This document shows positions 1 to 9,800 of a stretch of 64,000 bases of DNA, one piece after another. The stretch is from a virus. Made by a program: the position numbers and the translations under genes. Positions within the stretch are counted from its first letter, which is position 1. Each line of letters begins with the position of its first letter. The notes below the pieces were generated by a model. It worked only from the letters and a program-made list of their open reading frames with translations, made no database searches and was not told the origin of the DNA. Location: positions 36,523 through 100,522 of the IMG/VR virus record IMGVR_UViG_3300035565_000044. The stretch is one strand, 5' to 3'.

Positions 1-105
1 GGTTCTGGTGCTATTTATTATGTTGGCCATATTCGTTCTGGCTATCATGGCGCCAGTATAGGAACCATGAGCGAGCTCCTAGGAAGTATGGGAACCATCA
101 TCAGC

Positions 106-378
106 CTACGCGCCTCCCGTTTCAAACGGGATGCTGGAACCAAATAAGATATCAAGCTCTGCAACGCCATATCTCTTCTCCTGAATTGTCAGCCCATTCC
201 ACCCTCTTACCCACCGCCTTGGGTTTCCGCATCCTAGACAACTGCATATCTGCAAGTTATCTGCGGACCTTTGCACGCGCCACAGCAGGTTAGTGGGTTT
301 AGACGTAGAGTTTTGCTTTATTATCCGTTCAGCTTTTCTGCGCATACGCTGTTTGTGGTGGCGCCTCAGGGCTCTCAT
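106..378 (-). CDS. Small basic Cys-containing phage protein
   Basis: Arg-rich N-terminus; CSCLGCGNPRR motif typical of a small phage family. Confidence 0.55.
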   Translation of the reverse strand: MRALRRHHKQRMRRKAERIIKQNSTSKPTNLLWRVQRSADNLQICSCLGCGNPRRWVRGWNGLTIQEKRYGVAELDILFGSSIPFETGGA

Positions 379-736
379 TGATCCATTCCGTCATAACGTT
401 GGTTGTCATGACGCGCCTCCCAGATCCTATTTTGAAGTAGGCGGGGGTTTCCACATTACGCCTTCCCCATAACTTTGGTACAATAATAATTTCATAACCC
501 ACCCATCCCTCGCGTTGAGCCGTTTGTAGGGCTAGGTGTACATTGGCGATAGAGAGGTGATGACCGTACATCCTCTCAAGCTCCCGTAATATGACCATAG
601 ACCGTTTTGAGCTAGTGTAGCTAAGGACGGATGGGAGGCTGTTGATGATATCATCTTGGTTAGGTCCACTGGAGACGGCCTTTATCATCCCTACTGCATC
701 TTTCCAGCTCATTACATTCTCCTGACTAGAGTCCAT
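329..736 (-). CDS. Hypothetical protein
   Basis: 135-aa ORF packed between neighbours on the same strand. Confidence 0.45.
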   Translation of the reverse strand: MDSSQENVMSWKDAVGMIKAVSSGPNQDDIINSLPSVLSYTSSKRSMVILRELERMYGHHLSIANVHLALQTAQREGWVGYEIIIVPKLWGRRNVETPAYFKIGSGRRVMTTNVMTEWINESPEAPPQTAYAQKS

Positions 737-1740
737 ATCATAAGTTTAGAGTTTATAGGAAGCTTACGATTATTGCTTGTACTCTGGATATATATCTCAT
801 AACCCCCATGGTCTCCAGGGGACAGGGATATGTTACCCTGATGCGGCAAACCAAGTAGGTCACGGGCAGCTATGCCGCTGTAGACGCTCCCTGTGGCTTT
901 GTCCCTTATGCAGATAACCTTATGATCCTGAACAACTTTTTCGTATTTAACCAACTCATACAAAGAAGTTCCCTTACGGAAATCTCCAGTCTTATCCCTG
1001 CAAAAACTCTCTATGTTGTTCGGCACGTCAACAGGAATAATGCGCACTTCACTAGAGATATCCACCAGGGCCGCTTTAACGTCCTCAGCCTTGACGTTCT
1101 TCAGGTTCGAGTAGAAGCTCGTGGTAGAGCGTCCGCCGCTGGCTCTGAGGCTGAAATACTCATTCACAGCCAAATCGTTGGCCGCTGTAGCCGCTTTGAA
1201 ACCGCTCTCAGTCTGCACCCACTCCAGGATATTCCCTTCGTGGACGCCAAGCTTAACCAGAGCTGATTTATAGCCCTTGGGAACTCTAAAGACAAAGCTC
1301 CACCTATCCGTAGCGTGAAGACGCTCCATCTCGGAGGCCAGCCCTCTTTTCCATTTCTCTGACGAGCTGTTCTCTTGCCCATCAGTTGTAACCATAACAA
1401 GAAATGAAACGTCTAGACTATCAGCGTCTGGAACGCTAGACAATAGAGTTATAGCTTCTCCAACAGAGTCAAAAAGTGGAGTGCTGGCTCCATTGGTGAT
1501 ATATGATTTTTCCTCAATAGGTTTAAGAACGTGAACACTAGAGTTGATGTGTTCTCTAACAACCTTGCCCTCACCGGGGCCAATTCCGCACTTTATAGTG
1601 CTGACGATTGTGTCGATATTATTTATGGTTGCGGCGTTCTTTATAGACGCTATGTTAGCGTTATAATCGCGAGCGGCGGGGGCAGCTATCCGACCCATGG
1701 AATAGCTATGATCACGGATAAAGGCGATGTACTGCTTCAT
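712..1740 (-). CDS. von Willebrand factor A (VWA) domain protein
   Basis: MIDAS-like DHSYSM, TPLFDSVG and VTTDGQENSS motifs; AGAAAGGA RBS. Confidence 0.85.
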   Translation of the reverse strand: MKQYIAFIRDHSYSMGRIAAPAARDYNANIASIKNAATINNIDTIVSTIKCGIGPGEGKVVREHINSSVHVLKPIEEKSYITNGASTPLFDSVGEAITLLSSVPDADSLDVSFLVMVTTDGQENSSSEKWKRGLASEMERLHATDRWSFVFRVPKGYKSALVKLGVHEGNILEWVQTESGFKAATAANDLAVNEYFSLRASGGRSTTSFYSNLKNVKAEDVKAALVDISSEVRIIPVDVPNNIESFCRDKTGDFRKGTSLYELVKYEKVVQDHKVICIRDKATGSVYSGIAARDLLGLPHQGNISLSPGDHGGYEIYIQSTSNNRKLPINSKLMIWTLVRRM

Positions 1741-1801
1741 GCTATTTCCTTTCTAGCAAAGACGCCGCCCAGAGCGGGGGCTCACTGGACGGCGTCAACT
1801 T

Positions 1802-2242
1802 CTACAACTTCTTTAGTACGTTAAGGATGCATCTGCCAGTATCAGCTCTTGTATGGGGATATGCGCCAAGGTTGTACTGGTCATCTGCATAAAGCCAATC
1901 GCACAACTTTTCGGTAAAAGCGGTTTTATCGTACACGCCTAGAGTGCTGCGTCCGTACTTGTAGGAGAGACGTCCAATTTCACCGAAATCAGGGTCAACA
2001 AAACACTTGTGCTCAACTGAAACTCTGCTCTTACCTCTAATAAACGCATACGCTAAGAAAGAGCTACGCAACGCAGACTTCACCACGCGTACTCTGTGAT
2101 CGTGAAGGCCGAAGTTAAGTTCACTGCGTTTCTCATGATTTTTGAAACGCCCATGAACTGTGTATTTCTTTTCCTCACATCTAATGATGCGCGCCTCTTC
2201 AGAGAGGCTTTTTATTTTAATCTTAAGATAAACTTTAGACAT
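1802..2242 (-). CDS. Hypothetical phage protein
   Basis: ORF with AGGAG RBS; LKIKIKSLSEEARIIR...LAYAFIRG resembles a common phage family. Confidence 0.6.
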   Translation of the reverse strand: MSKVYLKIKIKSLSEEARIIRCEEKKYTVHGRFKNHEKRSELNFGLHDHRVRVVKSALRSSFLAYAFIRGKSRVSVEHKCFVDPDFGEIGRLSYKYGRSTLGVYDKTAFTEKLCDWLYADDQYNLGAYPHTRADTGRCILNVLKKL

Positions 2243-2259
2243 TCGTTTCTCCTGATGTT

Positions 2260-2275
2260 TGTTTCACGTGGAACA
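2260..2275. promoter_or_regulatory. parS-like site
   Basis: TGTTTCACGTGGAACA, matches the bacterial parS consensus. Confidence 0.8.
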
Positions 2276-2336
2276 TGAAAGCAAATACAGGAGGTGGACG
2301 AGGTGCATATTCACGTCATTGAATGTTTCCTAAAGT

Positions 2337-2412
2337 TGGTAGCGGGAGCCAGATTCGAACTGACGACCTCCTGGTTATGAGCCAGACGGGCTTACCTCTG
2401 CCCTATCCCGCA
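2337..2412 (-). tRNA. tRNA-Met(CAU), probably initiator
   Basis: Cloverleaf with CTCATAA loop, TTCGAAT T-loop, encoded CCA, unpaired 1:72. Confidence 0.9.
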
Positions 2413-2416
2413 TTAT

Positions 2417-2503
2417 TGGTCACGGACTGCGGACTTGAACCGAAGACTTCCACCTAATAGATTGCTCTAGGGCGGTGGCGTTCTACCATTAAACTACCCG
2501 CAA
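2417..2503 (-). ncRNA. tRNA-like RNA with anticodon loop replaced by a 19-nt insert containing a TAGA-GCAA-TCTA hairpin
   Basis: D arm GTTT-AATGGTA-GAAC, stem CCACC/GGTGG, T-loop TTCAAGT, 3' CCA. Confidence 0.7.
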
Positions 2504-2506
2504 CAA

Positions 2507-2578
2507 TGGCGCTCCTACACAGGATCGAACTGTGATTTTCAGGATTGAAAGCCTTATCCCTCACCAGAGGATAGGAGC
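2507..2578 (-). tRNA. tRNA-Glu(UUC), atypical (short D arm, weak anticodon stem)
   Basis: GCTCCTA/TAGGAGC acceptor, CTTTCAA loop, TTCGATC T-loop, CCA. Confidence 0.7.
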
Positions 2579-2585
2579 ATATACT

Positions 2586-2645
2586 ACTCGTTACGTCACG
2601 TCAAGTTACGGGGCAAAGCGTCAAGACACGATACGATGCATCATG
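2586..2645 (-). repeat. Pentamer array A (12 units), candidate guide RNA
   Basis: CATGA TGCAT CGTAT CGTGT CTTGA CGCTT TGCCC CGTAA CTTGA CGTGA CGTAA CGAGT. Confidence 0.8.
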
Positions 2646-2712
2646 GAAACATAATACTAGAGGGAAATGGATGGGGTCCACTCCCCTCTAGTACGGCCAC
2701 GGTTCTCTACAG

Positions 2713-4353
2713 TTAGAGAACGTGATGGGCAATCTTCTCTACTATTTCCTTCAATGCCTTGAGCTCGTCATCTACGTTCGAGCTCTTATCGAGCATGGCT
2801 GTAAACTGACGACCAGCATGCTGATTAGGAGACACAGTCTCCGCATCACCGCCACTGGCGAACTCATGATGATGCTTCATTCCGATAGCTGCATCAGCAA
2901 TGTCTTGACCGATCAGTACAGAACGACCATCCATGATAGCGCTCAGCTTGGCGGACTTGCAAACCTCAGCAATAGTAGCTGGAGTGAAGCTATTCATGAT
3001 GCGAACTGCGTCAGAAATATCTTCACCATTCCCCAGAAGTTCACCAGAGAACGCCCGGATCATACGATCCATGGTCTTGGCGTCAGGCAAGCTAACGTTG
3101 ACGATAACGTCGAGACGCCCAGCGCGCCGAACAGCAGGTGTGATCTTTTCAGCGTGGTTCGTTGTAAATACGCTGATAATCTGGTCATTCTTGCTCAAAA
3201 CGCCGTCAAGCGTATTGAGAAGATCGTTCGTCAAATCTTGACCACGGTCATTCGTAACGCGGTCAATGTCTTCAACAAATACAAGGCAAGGCTGGAAACG
3301 CTTGGCAAACTCCAGGGTTTCACGAAGACCCTTAGGGTTATCAACCAGAATGAAAGTCCAACCGTTCTGCACAGCAAGGGCGGCGGCGGCGCGTCCGGTA
3401 AGAGACTTACCCATGCCGTATTTGCTGCTGAGAAGAACCTTGCGGCTCAAACTAATTCCAGCCTTAACGCACTCAACGCGCTTACGGATTGGAGTGAAGA
3501 GAGACATATTCAACAGACGAGTAACGTCTTCGTTGAAAATCAAATCATCAACACTGATGCCGCTAACGTCAATAAACTTGGGCTCGCTTCCCTCGATAAT
3601 GTTACCATTACCGTTGATGGAAAGGCGCAACGCCTTGGCCTTGTAGATAGACTCGCTGGCGATAAGCTTTTTCGTAAGAGCGATGAGGTCAAGAACGGCC
3701 TTGCGGTCCTTCGTCTTAACTTCAGCGTTCACATAGAATGAAAACTTTCCTGTACGACGATCCCTATCAAATCCAGTAGTGACGTTTCCGTCAATGCCAG
3801 GGAGATCGTAACGTCCAACCGGAACCATCACAGAGTCTTCTGGCTTATGGCTCAACTGCACGGTGCGCCATTCAGGCTTAACCTTGACAGGTCCGAAGAA
3901 ACCCTGGACAGTGTACGACTTAACGTCGCTAAGGTGATAAGTCTGACGCAGAGCCTTCACGAACGCCACAGCGGCGTCATAGGGATATGCGTCAAAATAC
4001 TCTTCAACTTCACACTCTTCGTTCTGCGCCCTAGCATGGTCAGCGAGAATCTTGGATGCGGCTTCCGAGGTCATCTTAATCGGAAGTCCAGGAAGCGTAA
4101 TGCCCTTGCTGTCCATGTCATGGACGATAGCAGGTTCAACCTTGTTCCACAGCATTTCCGCAAATACAGCCTTATCGCTGTCGGGAAGAGCGTCGTAAAA
4201 AGCGCTGGCGTCAGTGTGGACGCCGTTGGCGTGTCCATTAGAAAATGAATTTGCCGCAGAGGCCATAGTATTAATGTTTGCCACTCCAACTTTCCTTTCG
4301 TTACCGTACTTCTTATTCAGTCTTTCAATGATCTGAGCGTCGGTTTCAGCCAT
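2713..4353 (-). CDS. AAA+ ATPase
   Basis: Walker A-like SKYGMGKS, Walker B VFVEDID, SRH TTNHAEKITPAVRRAGRLD. Confidence 0.9.
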   Translation of the reverse strand: MAETDAQIIERLNKKYGNERKVGVANINTMASAANSFSNGHANGVHTDASAFYDALPDSDKAVFAEMLWNKVEPAIVHDMDSKGITLPGLPIKMTSEAASKILADHARAQNEECEVEEYFDAYPYDAAVAFVKALRQTYHLSDVKSYTVQGFFGPVKVKPEWRTVQLSHKPEDSVMVPVGRYDLPGIDGNVTTGFDRDRRTGKFSFYVNAEVKTKDRKAVLDLIALTKKLIASESIYKAKALRLSINGNGNIIEGSEPKFIDVSGISVDDLIFNEDVTRLLNMSLFTPIRKRVECVKAGISLSRKVLLSSKYGMGKSLTGRAAAALAVQNGWTFILVDNPKGLRETLEFAKRFQPCLVFVEDIDRVTNDRGQDLTNDLLNTLDGVLSKNDQIISVFTTNHAEKITPAVRRAGRLDVIVNVSLPDAKTMDRMIRAFSGELLGNGEDISDAVRIMNSFTPATIAEVCKSAKLSAIMDGRSVLIGQDIADAAIGMKHHHEFASGGDAETVSPNQHAGRQFTAMLDKSSNVDDELKALKEIVEKIAHHVL

Positions 4354-4370
4354 GGATCACTTTCTCCTCT

Positions 4371-4399
4371 TGTCTATCCGAACCGGATGCTTTCGTCAA
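4371..4399 (-). promoter_or_regulatory. Sigma70-type promoter with ATCCG-N3-CGGAT operator
   Basis: TTGACG-17-TAGACA; palindrome at 4376-4388. Confidence 0.65.
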
Positions 4400-4428
4400 C
4401 CACTAATTTGCAGAAAATTCGTTAATAA

Positions 4429-4782
4429 TTAGTTAACATGAGCCATTGGCGGCGGAGCTAACCAGAACCCTGTTTCCTCCATAAAATTGTCCCGCTGCTC
4501 AAGCGTCGCATGACAACGGACCAGGACAGCGCACTGTTTATATCTAGCATCAAATGCGTAAACTCTGCTGATGCCCATCCTATGGCGCAAGGCGGCCTCG
4601 AAAAACGTTCCTAGGCTTGCCTTAGACAGATTGAGAGACCTATGCGGCCTCCCGTCTCTGGGGTATTCTCCAGCGTCCCAAGGGAATTGGCCATAGACGT
4701 TTGGATTGTATTTGTTTCCAATCTCTATGGCTCTTTCGATTTCGGCGCTGAATTTCTTATTTAAAGTTTCTTGAATGGACAT
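4429..4782 (-). CDS. Hypothetical protein
   Basis: 117-aa ORF immediately downstream of array B. Confidence 0.5.
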   Translation of the reverse strand: MSIQETLNKKFSAEIERAIEIGNKYNPNVYGQFPWDAGEYPRDGRPHRSLNLSKASLGTFFEAALRHRMGISRVYAFDARYKQCAVLVRCHATLEQRDNFMEETGFWLAPPPMAHVN

Positions 4783-4783
4783 A

Positions 4784-4838
4784 AGACGTTGCGTTATGTT
4801 GTGATGCGAGACGTAACGGCGAGTTACGATACGACGTG
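4784..4838 (-). repeat. Pentamer array B (11 units), candidate guide RNA
   Basis: CACGT CGTAT CGTAA CTCGC CGTTA CGTCT CGCAT CACAA CATAA CGCAA CGTCT; fills the intergenic gap. Confidence 0.8.
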
Positions 4839-4841
4839 GTG

Positions 4842-5144
4842 TTACTCAGGCGGGCGCCATCCTTCTTTGGTAAGCGCCGCCATAGCCAATCTAGCGTACT
4901 CTTCAGCTAAAACTCTACATCCATCAATGACATCTTCACCACGGTAATGGATATCTGGCCTGGACCTTGGGCATAATTCGCATGTTTTCTTATCTCCAAT
5001 CTGTCCATTGTTGCGGCATAAATGCCTACACATGGTCCAGGTTAAGAGATCACTCGGGCGTGGTTGCCTGCACATGTCCCGGATCGTTATCGGGATGAAT
5101 TCCTCTTTCGTCTTCGTCATTGAGATATTCCTCAAGGATAACAA
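4842..5144 (-). CDS. Small Cys-rich hypothetical protein
   Basis: CxxxC and CxxC motifs. Confidence 0.5.
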   Translation of the reverse strand: MLSLRNISMTKTKEEFIPITIRDMCRQPRPSDLLTWTMCRHLCRNNGQIGDKKTCELCPRSRPDIHYRGEDVIDGCRVLAEEYARLAMAALTKEGWRPPE

Positions 5145-5280
5145 TACCTTTACGTAGAGAAGCGGCGGCTACGTCTGTTTTGCAGCCGTTGAATGTAGAA
5201 CCACGCCCACACTGAGATAGCATGGTGGCTAATTTTCTAATTTTGGTTAAATCTTCTTGAGAGAAGTGGCTTTGCGGCAT
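5050..5280 (-). CDS. Hypothetical protein (start moved to MPQSH)
   Basis: The upstream extension of the ORF is array C plus a parS site. Confidence 0.4.
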   Translation of the reverse strand: MPQSHFSQEDLTKIRKLATMLSQCGRGSTFNGCKTDVAAASLRKGIVILEEYLNDEDERGIHPDNDPGHVQATTPE

Positions 5281-5281
5281 T

Positions 5282-5297
5282 TGTTCCACGTGAAAAT
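5282..5297. promoter_or_regulatory. parS-like site abutting the 3' end of array C
   Basis: TGTTCCACGTGAAAAT. Confidence 0.65.
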
Positions 5298-5355
5298 ACG
5301 TTGCGTTATGATGCGGAGAGATACGATGCGCCACGTGACGTCAAGTTGCGCTGCG
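5296..5355 (-). repeat. Pentamer array C (12 units), candidate guide RNA
   Basis: CGCAG CGCAA CTTGA CGTCA CGTGG CGCAT CGTAT CTCTC CGCAT CATAA CGCAA CGTAT. Confidence 0.85.
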
Positions 5356-5357
5356 TC

Positions 5358-5394
5358 ATCCGATTCAGATAGTCCACCTAGCGGGAGGAGTCAA
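5358..5394 (-). promoter_or_regulatory. Promoter and operator directly upstream of array C
   Basis: TTGACT-17-TATCTG; ATCCG-ATT-CAGAT at 5358-5370. Confidence 0.6.
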
Positions 5395-5959
5395 CCCTCA
5401 AAAATTGTCCACACCCCCTTTCAAAAAAAGTCCAACATGTTACGTTTTCGTATTGACTTCCAACCGGGCGCGTTGTAAAATTTTTACTATGCTGCTATTG
5501 GCAGGCCCAGACAGAGATAACTCCCTAAAATCGAAGAATATCGCAACCAGATAGGTGAAAACCTTCCTGGTTTTCCGTGTTTATCACTCATTTGGTTAAA
5601 AATCGATGCCAGGACAGAATGTATGGATTGCTTCCATTTTTTCTGAAGCAAACGGCCATGCGCAGAATCATCTAGACTTCGGCGCCGCGAATCGTTTAAG
5701 GTCCGGAAACGAACAAAGGCCGGTGCTCCCTGAGAAAGAGCAACCGGCCTTCAAAAAGCATAAATCTGAACAGTGCCCCTCGCAAGAGCAATTCAGAAAG
5801 GAACTTTAGAAACCAAGCTTGGGCTATCTAGCTTCAGCTAAAGGCGGCTTTTGCCGTTCCAGGCGCCAACTTTACTTCTGGCGTCAACCAATGTCCGCTC
5901 CGAACGCGTCAGGTCGCCTTGACGTGTAACGGACCTATGCGCTCCAGTCAAGGAAAAAT

Positions 5960-7321
5960 ATGACAAACTTTAAAAATAGCGTTGCCGTCGCCCCTCTCGC
6001 CAACCATGAGCTGGAGAAGGCGCTGCTCAGCTCCATACTTAACACCCCTGATATATTTGATAAAATTGGGGACTCTATCCTCCCTGAATTCTTTAGCTCC
6101 CCCCTCCACCGGGCTCTGTACACGCGCCTGTCTGCGTTCCTTATGCGGGGAGAGCGGGTCAATCCACTCTTGCTGACTAAAGATATGAATGATGAAAGTA
6201 AGAAAGAGGTAAAGGAAATATCTGATTACCACTCAGATGGTTCTCTTGCCGAAAGTAACCTGGAAGCCCTTCGGGAGCTATGGCAAAGGCGCGAGCTCCA
6301 GAGAATGTGCGATGAGGGAGCGGCGCTTGCTTCTACGGACATGGCACCTGAAGCGTTGATCAACAAGCTTGAGGAGAAATTATATAAAATAGCTATTCCC
6401 GTGGAAAGCGAAATGGTTTCTTCTGCTCAAGCTTATAAAGAGCTTATGGATGAAATTAAGGCGCGTGTTGATAAGGCTAATGAGACTTTTCCCCGCACTC
6501 CCATTCTCCCAGGTCTAAGAAGTGGCTTCGAACAGCTAGATGACATGTTAGGTGGCCTCCAAGAAGGACACTGTATACTTCTTGGAGCTCGTCCGTCTAT
6601 GGGAAAAACGGCCTTATTAGGGAACATATCCCATAACGTAGCTGCTGCTGGAGACCCTGTTGGATTTATAACCTATGAAATGACTGTTGAGCAGTTACTC
6701 TTACGGGCGGCGGCGTCTGAGGCAAGTGTTAGCTCAGACGCACTCAACCGTGGAGACCTCAGCGATCCACAACTTATCAAGTTCCAAGAAGATTCTGGTT
6801 GCTTGGCGCATCTCCCCATACACTACGTATACAACCCAGGTAACATTGACAAGCTACTGACAGTCATGAGGAAGCTTGTTAGAGTTAAGAAATGCAAGCT
6901 TATCATCATAGATTACGTTAATCTTATACCTGGAGGTATAGGAAGAGATGCTACAGAGAAGCTTGGAAACATCTCTGCTTCTCTGAAAATGGCGGCTGGA
7001 CGCCTTGGAATTCCAATTATCATAGCTTGTCAGCTCAATAGAAACCTAGAGTCTAGAGACGACCAAAGACCACAGCTCTCTGATCTAAAGCAGTCTGGTA
7101 ATCTAGAACAGGATGCTGACGCTGTTATTTTTCTTCACAGAGAAATATACTTTGTTGAGCGTAGGCGCCCAGATGTTTCTGATCCAAAATTTTCAGCTTG
7201 GCAGGCTGATTGCAACAGATGGCGTGGAAGGGCTGAGATCCTTCTTAGAAAAAACCGCCATGGCCGTATAGGAGAATCCGAAATAAACTTTAACGAGTCC
7301 ACCACCAAATTCTCTAATTGA
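5960..7321 (+). CDS. dnaB: Replicative DNA helicase DnaB-like
   Basis: GARPSMGKT, IIIDYVNL, QLNRNLESR, RPQLSDLKQSGNLEQDAD and KNRHG motifs. Confidence 0.97.
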   Translation: MTNFKNSVAVAPLANHELEKALLSSILNTPDIFDKIGDSILPEFFSSPLHRALYTRLSAFLMRGERVNPLLLTKDMNDESKKEVKEISDYHSDGSLAESNLEALRELWQRRELQRMCDEGAALASTDMAPEALINKLEEKLYKIAIPVESEMVSSAQAYKELMDEIKARVDKANETFPRTPILPGLRSGFEQLDDMLGGLQEGHCILLGARPSMGKTALLGNISHNVAAAGDPVGFITYEMTVEQLLLRAAASEASVSSDALNRGDLSDPQLIKFQEDSGCLAHLPIHYVYNPGNIDKLLTVMRKLVRVKKCKLIIIDYVNLIPGGIGRDATEKLGNISASLKMAAGRLGIPIIIACQLNRNLESRDDQRPQLSDLKQSGNLEQDADAVIFLHREIYFVERRRPDVSDPKFSAWQADCNRWRGRAEILLRKNRHGRIGESEINFNESTTKFSN

Positions 7322-7385
7322 GAAAAATAAGAGAAAAATAAGAAGAACATAAGAATTGATCTTCTTTCTCACACAGTTTAAAATA

Positions 7386-7416
7386 AAAAAAGGAGGCTGT
7401 AAGCAAGCCTCCTTTT
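7386..7416. terminator. Intrinsic terminator-like hairpin
   Basis: AAAAAAGGAGGCT...AGCCTCCTTTT. Confidence 0.6.
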
Positions 7417-7454
7417 AATAAAGAATAGAAACCCTAACCCATAAGGGACTTCCT

Positions 7455-8807
7455 ATGGCCGATTCTACTGCACAAAAAAATAATGTCAATAAGTTTTTGC
7501 CAGAGTACGAATCACAGAGTGTTTTCCGCTCAGACGGGGCTGACTACGCATACACACTGGTATCTAACAGACTGCTCCAAGACTCTGGCATTGATTGGGA
7601 AACCAGGGGAATGATTGCGGACCTGCTGAGCAGGCCAAAGGACTGGGATATTAGCGTTATGGGGCTGGTGGCTATGGCCAATGGCCTAACTAAGAAAGCA
7701 AAAATTTATAGGATGATAAACGCCGCTATGGCGAGTGGGTACATCCGACGCTTTACCAAGCGTGGCGCCGATGGACGTGTGGCTGGATATACGTATGTCG
7801 TATCAGACAACCCTTCTCGCCTTGCACTGCTTTCCGATTTTCAGGAAACTGCTAAGCAGGAAGCTGAAAAACAGCCACAACAAAGTAAAGATCTTAAAAA
7901 AGTAAAAACAGAAAAAAAATACACAGCGCCAACATCGCATTTCCCACATTTTGAAGAGGACATGGAAACAAAAACTCCCCCCATCCCCCAAGGGGGGAGT
8001 GGTCATTCCTGCGTCATGACCGTTCGTGAAAACGCCGAGCCTACAAGCCAACCATCCCAACCAACGTGGGAGGACGAGGAAGGGTTTGTTAACCATATTA
8101 AGATAGACGACTCCGCTACTCATTCCACTTCAATGGTATCCAGCCTTGAGGAAACGCCAGAAGCGGTGAAAGCTGAAACCCTGGTCCTGACGCCCCCAGA
8201 GCCAGAAGCGCCGTCTGTGACGCGTAAGAAGGCCAAGAAAGCGCCTTCTACGAAGCTGGACCACAATACCGACCCTGAGTTTGGAAAATTCTGGGATAAA
8301 TACCCAAATAAGAAAGGAAAGGCTGGCTCTTACGCCCATTGGAAGAGATTTTGTAAGGATAAACCGGAGCTGGCTTCTCTTTTGCCACAGGCCGCTATGG
8401 AATACGAGAGCGATCTTCGTAGGCAGTACAAGAGCGCTTCTGAGGCTAAGCAGCGCACCTGCTGTGGATATAATTGGTTCAACAAAGGTCTCCATGAGTA
8501 CTATGTTGATGTTATAATTGAGAGAAGTAAGCCACAGCCTGTGGAAAATTCAGAAAGCCAATTAGAGCAACGTGCACGCGAAGAACGCGAGAGAGTCGCT
8601 AGGGTAGCTGAAGCATGTTCTGAAACTAAGCGGGCTAGGTTCGTTGAATTCTTGTCAAAGGTGTACTCCAACGTTAAAGACGCATGGAACGAAAAGGTTA
8701 TTGAATATTTCCATGCCCGTAAGTACTGGGATATCGACGCCCTTATCCCAGTTGATGTGAAGAATGAAGCCAGGGCTGCTATCGGAGCTCCACTTCTGGC
8801 TTGTTAG
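7455..8807 (+). CDS. Phage replication initiator / replisome organizer
   Basis: N-terminal HTH (YTLVSNRLLQD...LLSRPKDW), FGKFWDKYPNKKGK motif, between helicase and primase. Confidence 0.75.
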   Translation: MADSTAQKNNVNKFLPEYESQSVFRSDGADYAYTLVSNRLLQDSGIDWETRGMIADLLSRPKDWDISVMGLVAMANGLTKKAKIYRMINAAMASGYIRRFTKRGADGRVAGYTYVVSDNPSRLALLSDFQETAKQEAEKQPQQSKDLKKVKTEKKYTAPTSHFPHFEEDMETKTPPIPQGGSGHSCVMTVRENAEPTSQPSQPTWEDEEGFVNHIKIDDSATHSTSMVSSLEETPEAVKAETLVLTPPEPEAPSVTRKKAKKAPSTKLDHNTDPEFGKFWDKYPNKKGKAGSYAHWKRFCKDKPELASLLPQAAMEYESDLRRQYKSASEAKQRTCCGYNWFNKGLHEYYVDVIIERSKPQPVENSESQLEQRAREERERVARVAEACSETKRARFVEFLSKVYSNVKDAWNEKVIEYFHARKYWDIDALIPVDVKNEARAAIGAPLLAC

Positions 8808-8822
8808 AAAGGAAAGATTACC

Positions 8823-9731
8823 ATGTCCGAAAGGTTTACCGACGCCGCCCGCTCCAGGGGCTTGCTTATACAAACTCCCATTGCTGATGGGACTGTTCAC
8901 CGAGTACGCACTTCTGACAAACCCCACTCCCGAAATGGCGCCTACGTGCTCTTTACCAACGGCCGGGGATGGTTCGAAAACCACGCTGACGGCATGGGGC
9001 GTCAGGAATACGCTCCAGAGTCTAAGGGCGGGCTCACAGCGGCCGAAAGGTATGAGGCTAGGATTAGGGTAGCCGAAGAGAGAAAGCGGTTCCAGGAGGC
9101 TCGCACAGAGGAATACAGAGCGGCTGCGCTGGAGGCCAAGGATCTCTTTGGCAGAGGGCTTATGGTCAAGGCGCATGGCTATCTGAGCGCTAAAGGCGTC
9201 CTCCCTCACGGACTGCGCGTTTTGGACGGCGCATTGCTTGTCCCAGTTCGAGACGCGAATGGGAACTGGCAGAGCTTGCAAAGGATTTTTTTAAATGGTT
9301 CAAAAACCTTTCTAAAGGGCGGGAGACTTGAAGGGGGGATGTTTGTCATTGGCAACATATACCCTGAAGGGGCGGCGCTGGTTGCCGAGGGTTACAGTAC
9401 TGGGGCGACTATCTATGAGGCGACGGGTTGCGCTACGATTGTGGCGTTCAACTGTGGAAACCTTACAAAGGTGGCTAGGTCCCTTAGGAAGAGATATCCT
9501 AAGTTGAAAATAATCATTTGCGCTGACGATGACCGGAACACGCGTGGAAACCCAGGACTGACAAGCGCGAGCGAAGCGGCTAGGGCGGTGGGTGGTTATC
9601 TGGCCAAACCAAATGTTAAAAAAGGTAGCGACTTCAACGATATGTGTGCTGAACTAGGCATGCAAGAGGTTAGGCGCGCGCTTATGGCGGTAGTGAAAGG
9701 TTGCATGGCAGAGCCGGATCGTGGTAAGTAG
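8823..9731 (+). CDS. TOPRIM-domain DNA primase (TraC-like)
   Basis: VAEGYSTG, IIICADDD and GSDFND motifs. Confidence 0.9.
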   Translation: MSERFTDAARSRGLLIQTPIADGTVHRVRTSDKPHSRNGAYVLFTNGRGWFENHADGMGRQEYAPESKGGLTAAERYEARIRVAEERKRFQEARTEEYRAAALEAKDLFGRGLMVKAHGYLSAKGVLPHGLRVLDGALLVPVRDANGNWQSLQRIFLNGSKTFLKGGRLEGGMFVIGNIYPEGAALVAEGYSTGATIYEATGCATIVAFNCGNLTKVARSLRKRYPKLKIIICADDDRNTRGNPGLTSASEAARAVGGYLAKPNVKKGSDFNDMCAELGMQEVRRALMAVVKGCMAEPDRGK

Positions 9732-9740
9732 GAGCATTAA

Positions 9741-9800
9741 CGTTTCGCCTCGTAACGCATCATAACACGCCTCTCCTCTTCGCACCATAACGTAACGTTT
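9741..9800 (+). repeat. Pentamer array D (12 units), candidate guide RNA
   Basis: CGTTT CGCCT CGTAA CGCAT CATAA CACGC CTCTC CTCTT CGCAC CATAA CGTAA CGTTT. Confidence 0.85.

Noticed and set aside
2722-3741. Long antisense ORFs (also 61966-62721, 13304-13966, 8655-9281, 62891-63496)
   Set aside because: Shadows of well-supported genes on the opposite strand, with no motifs.
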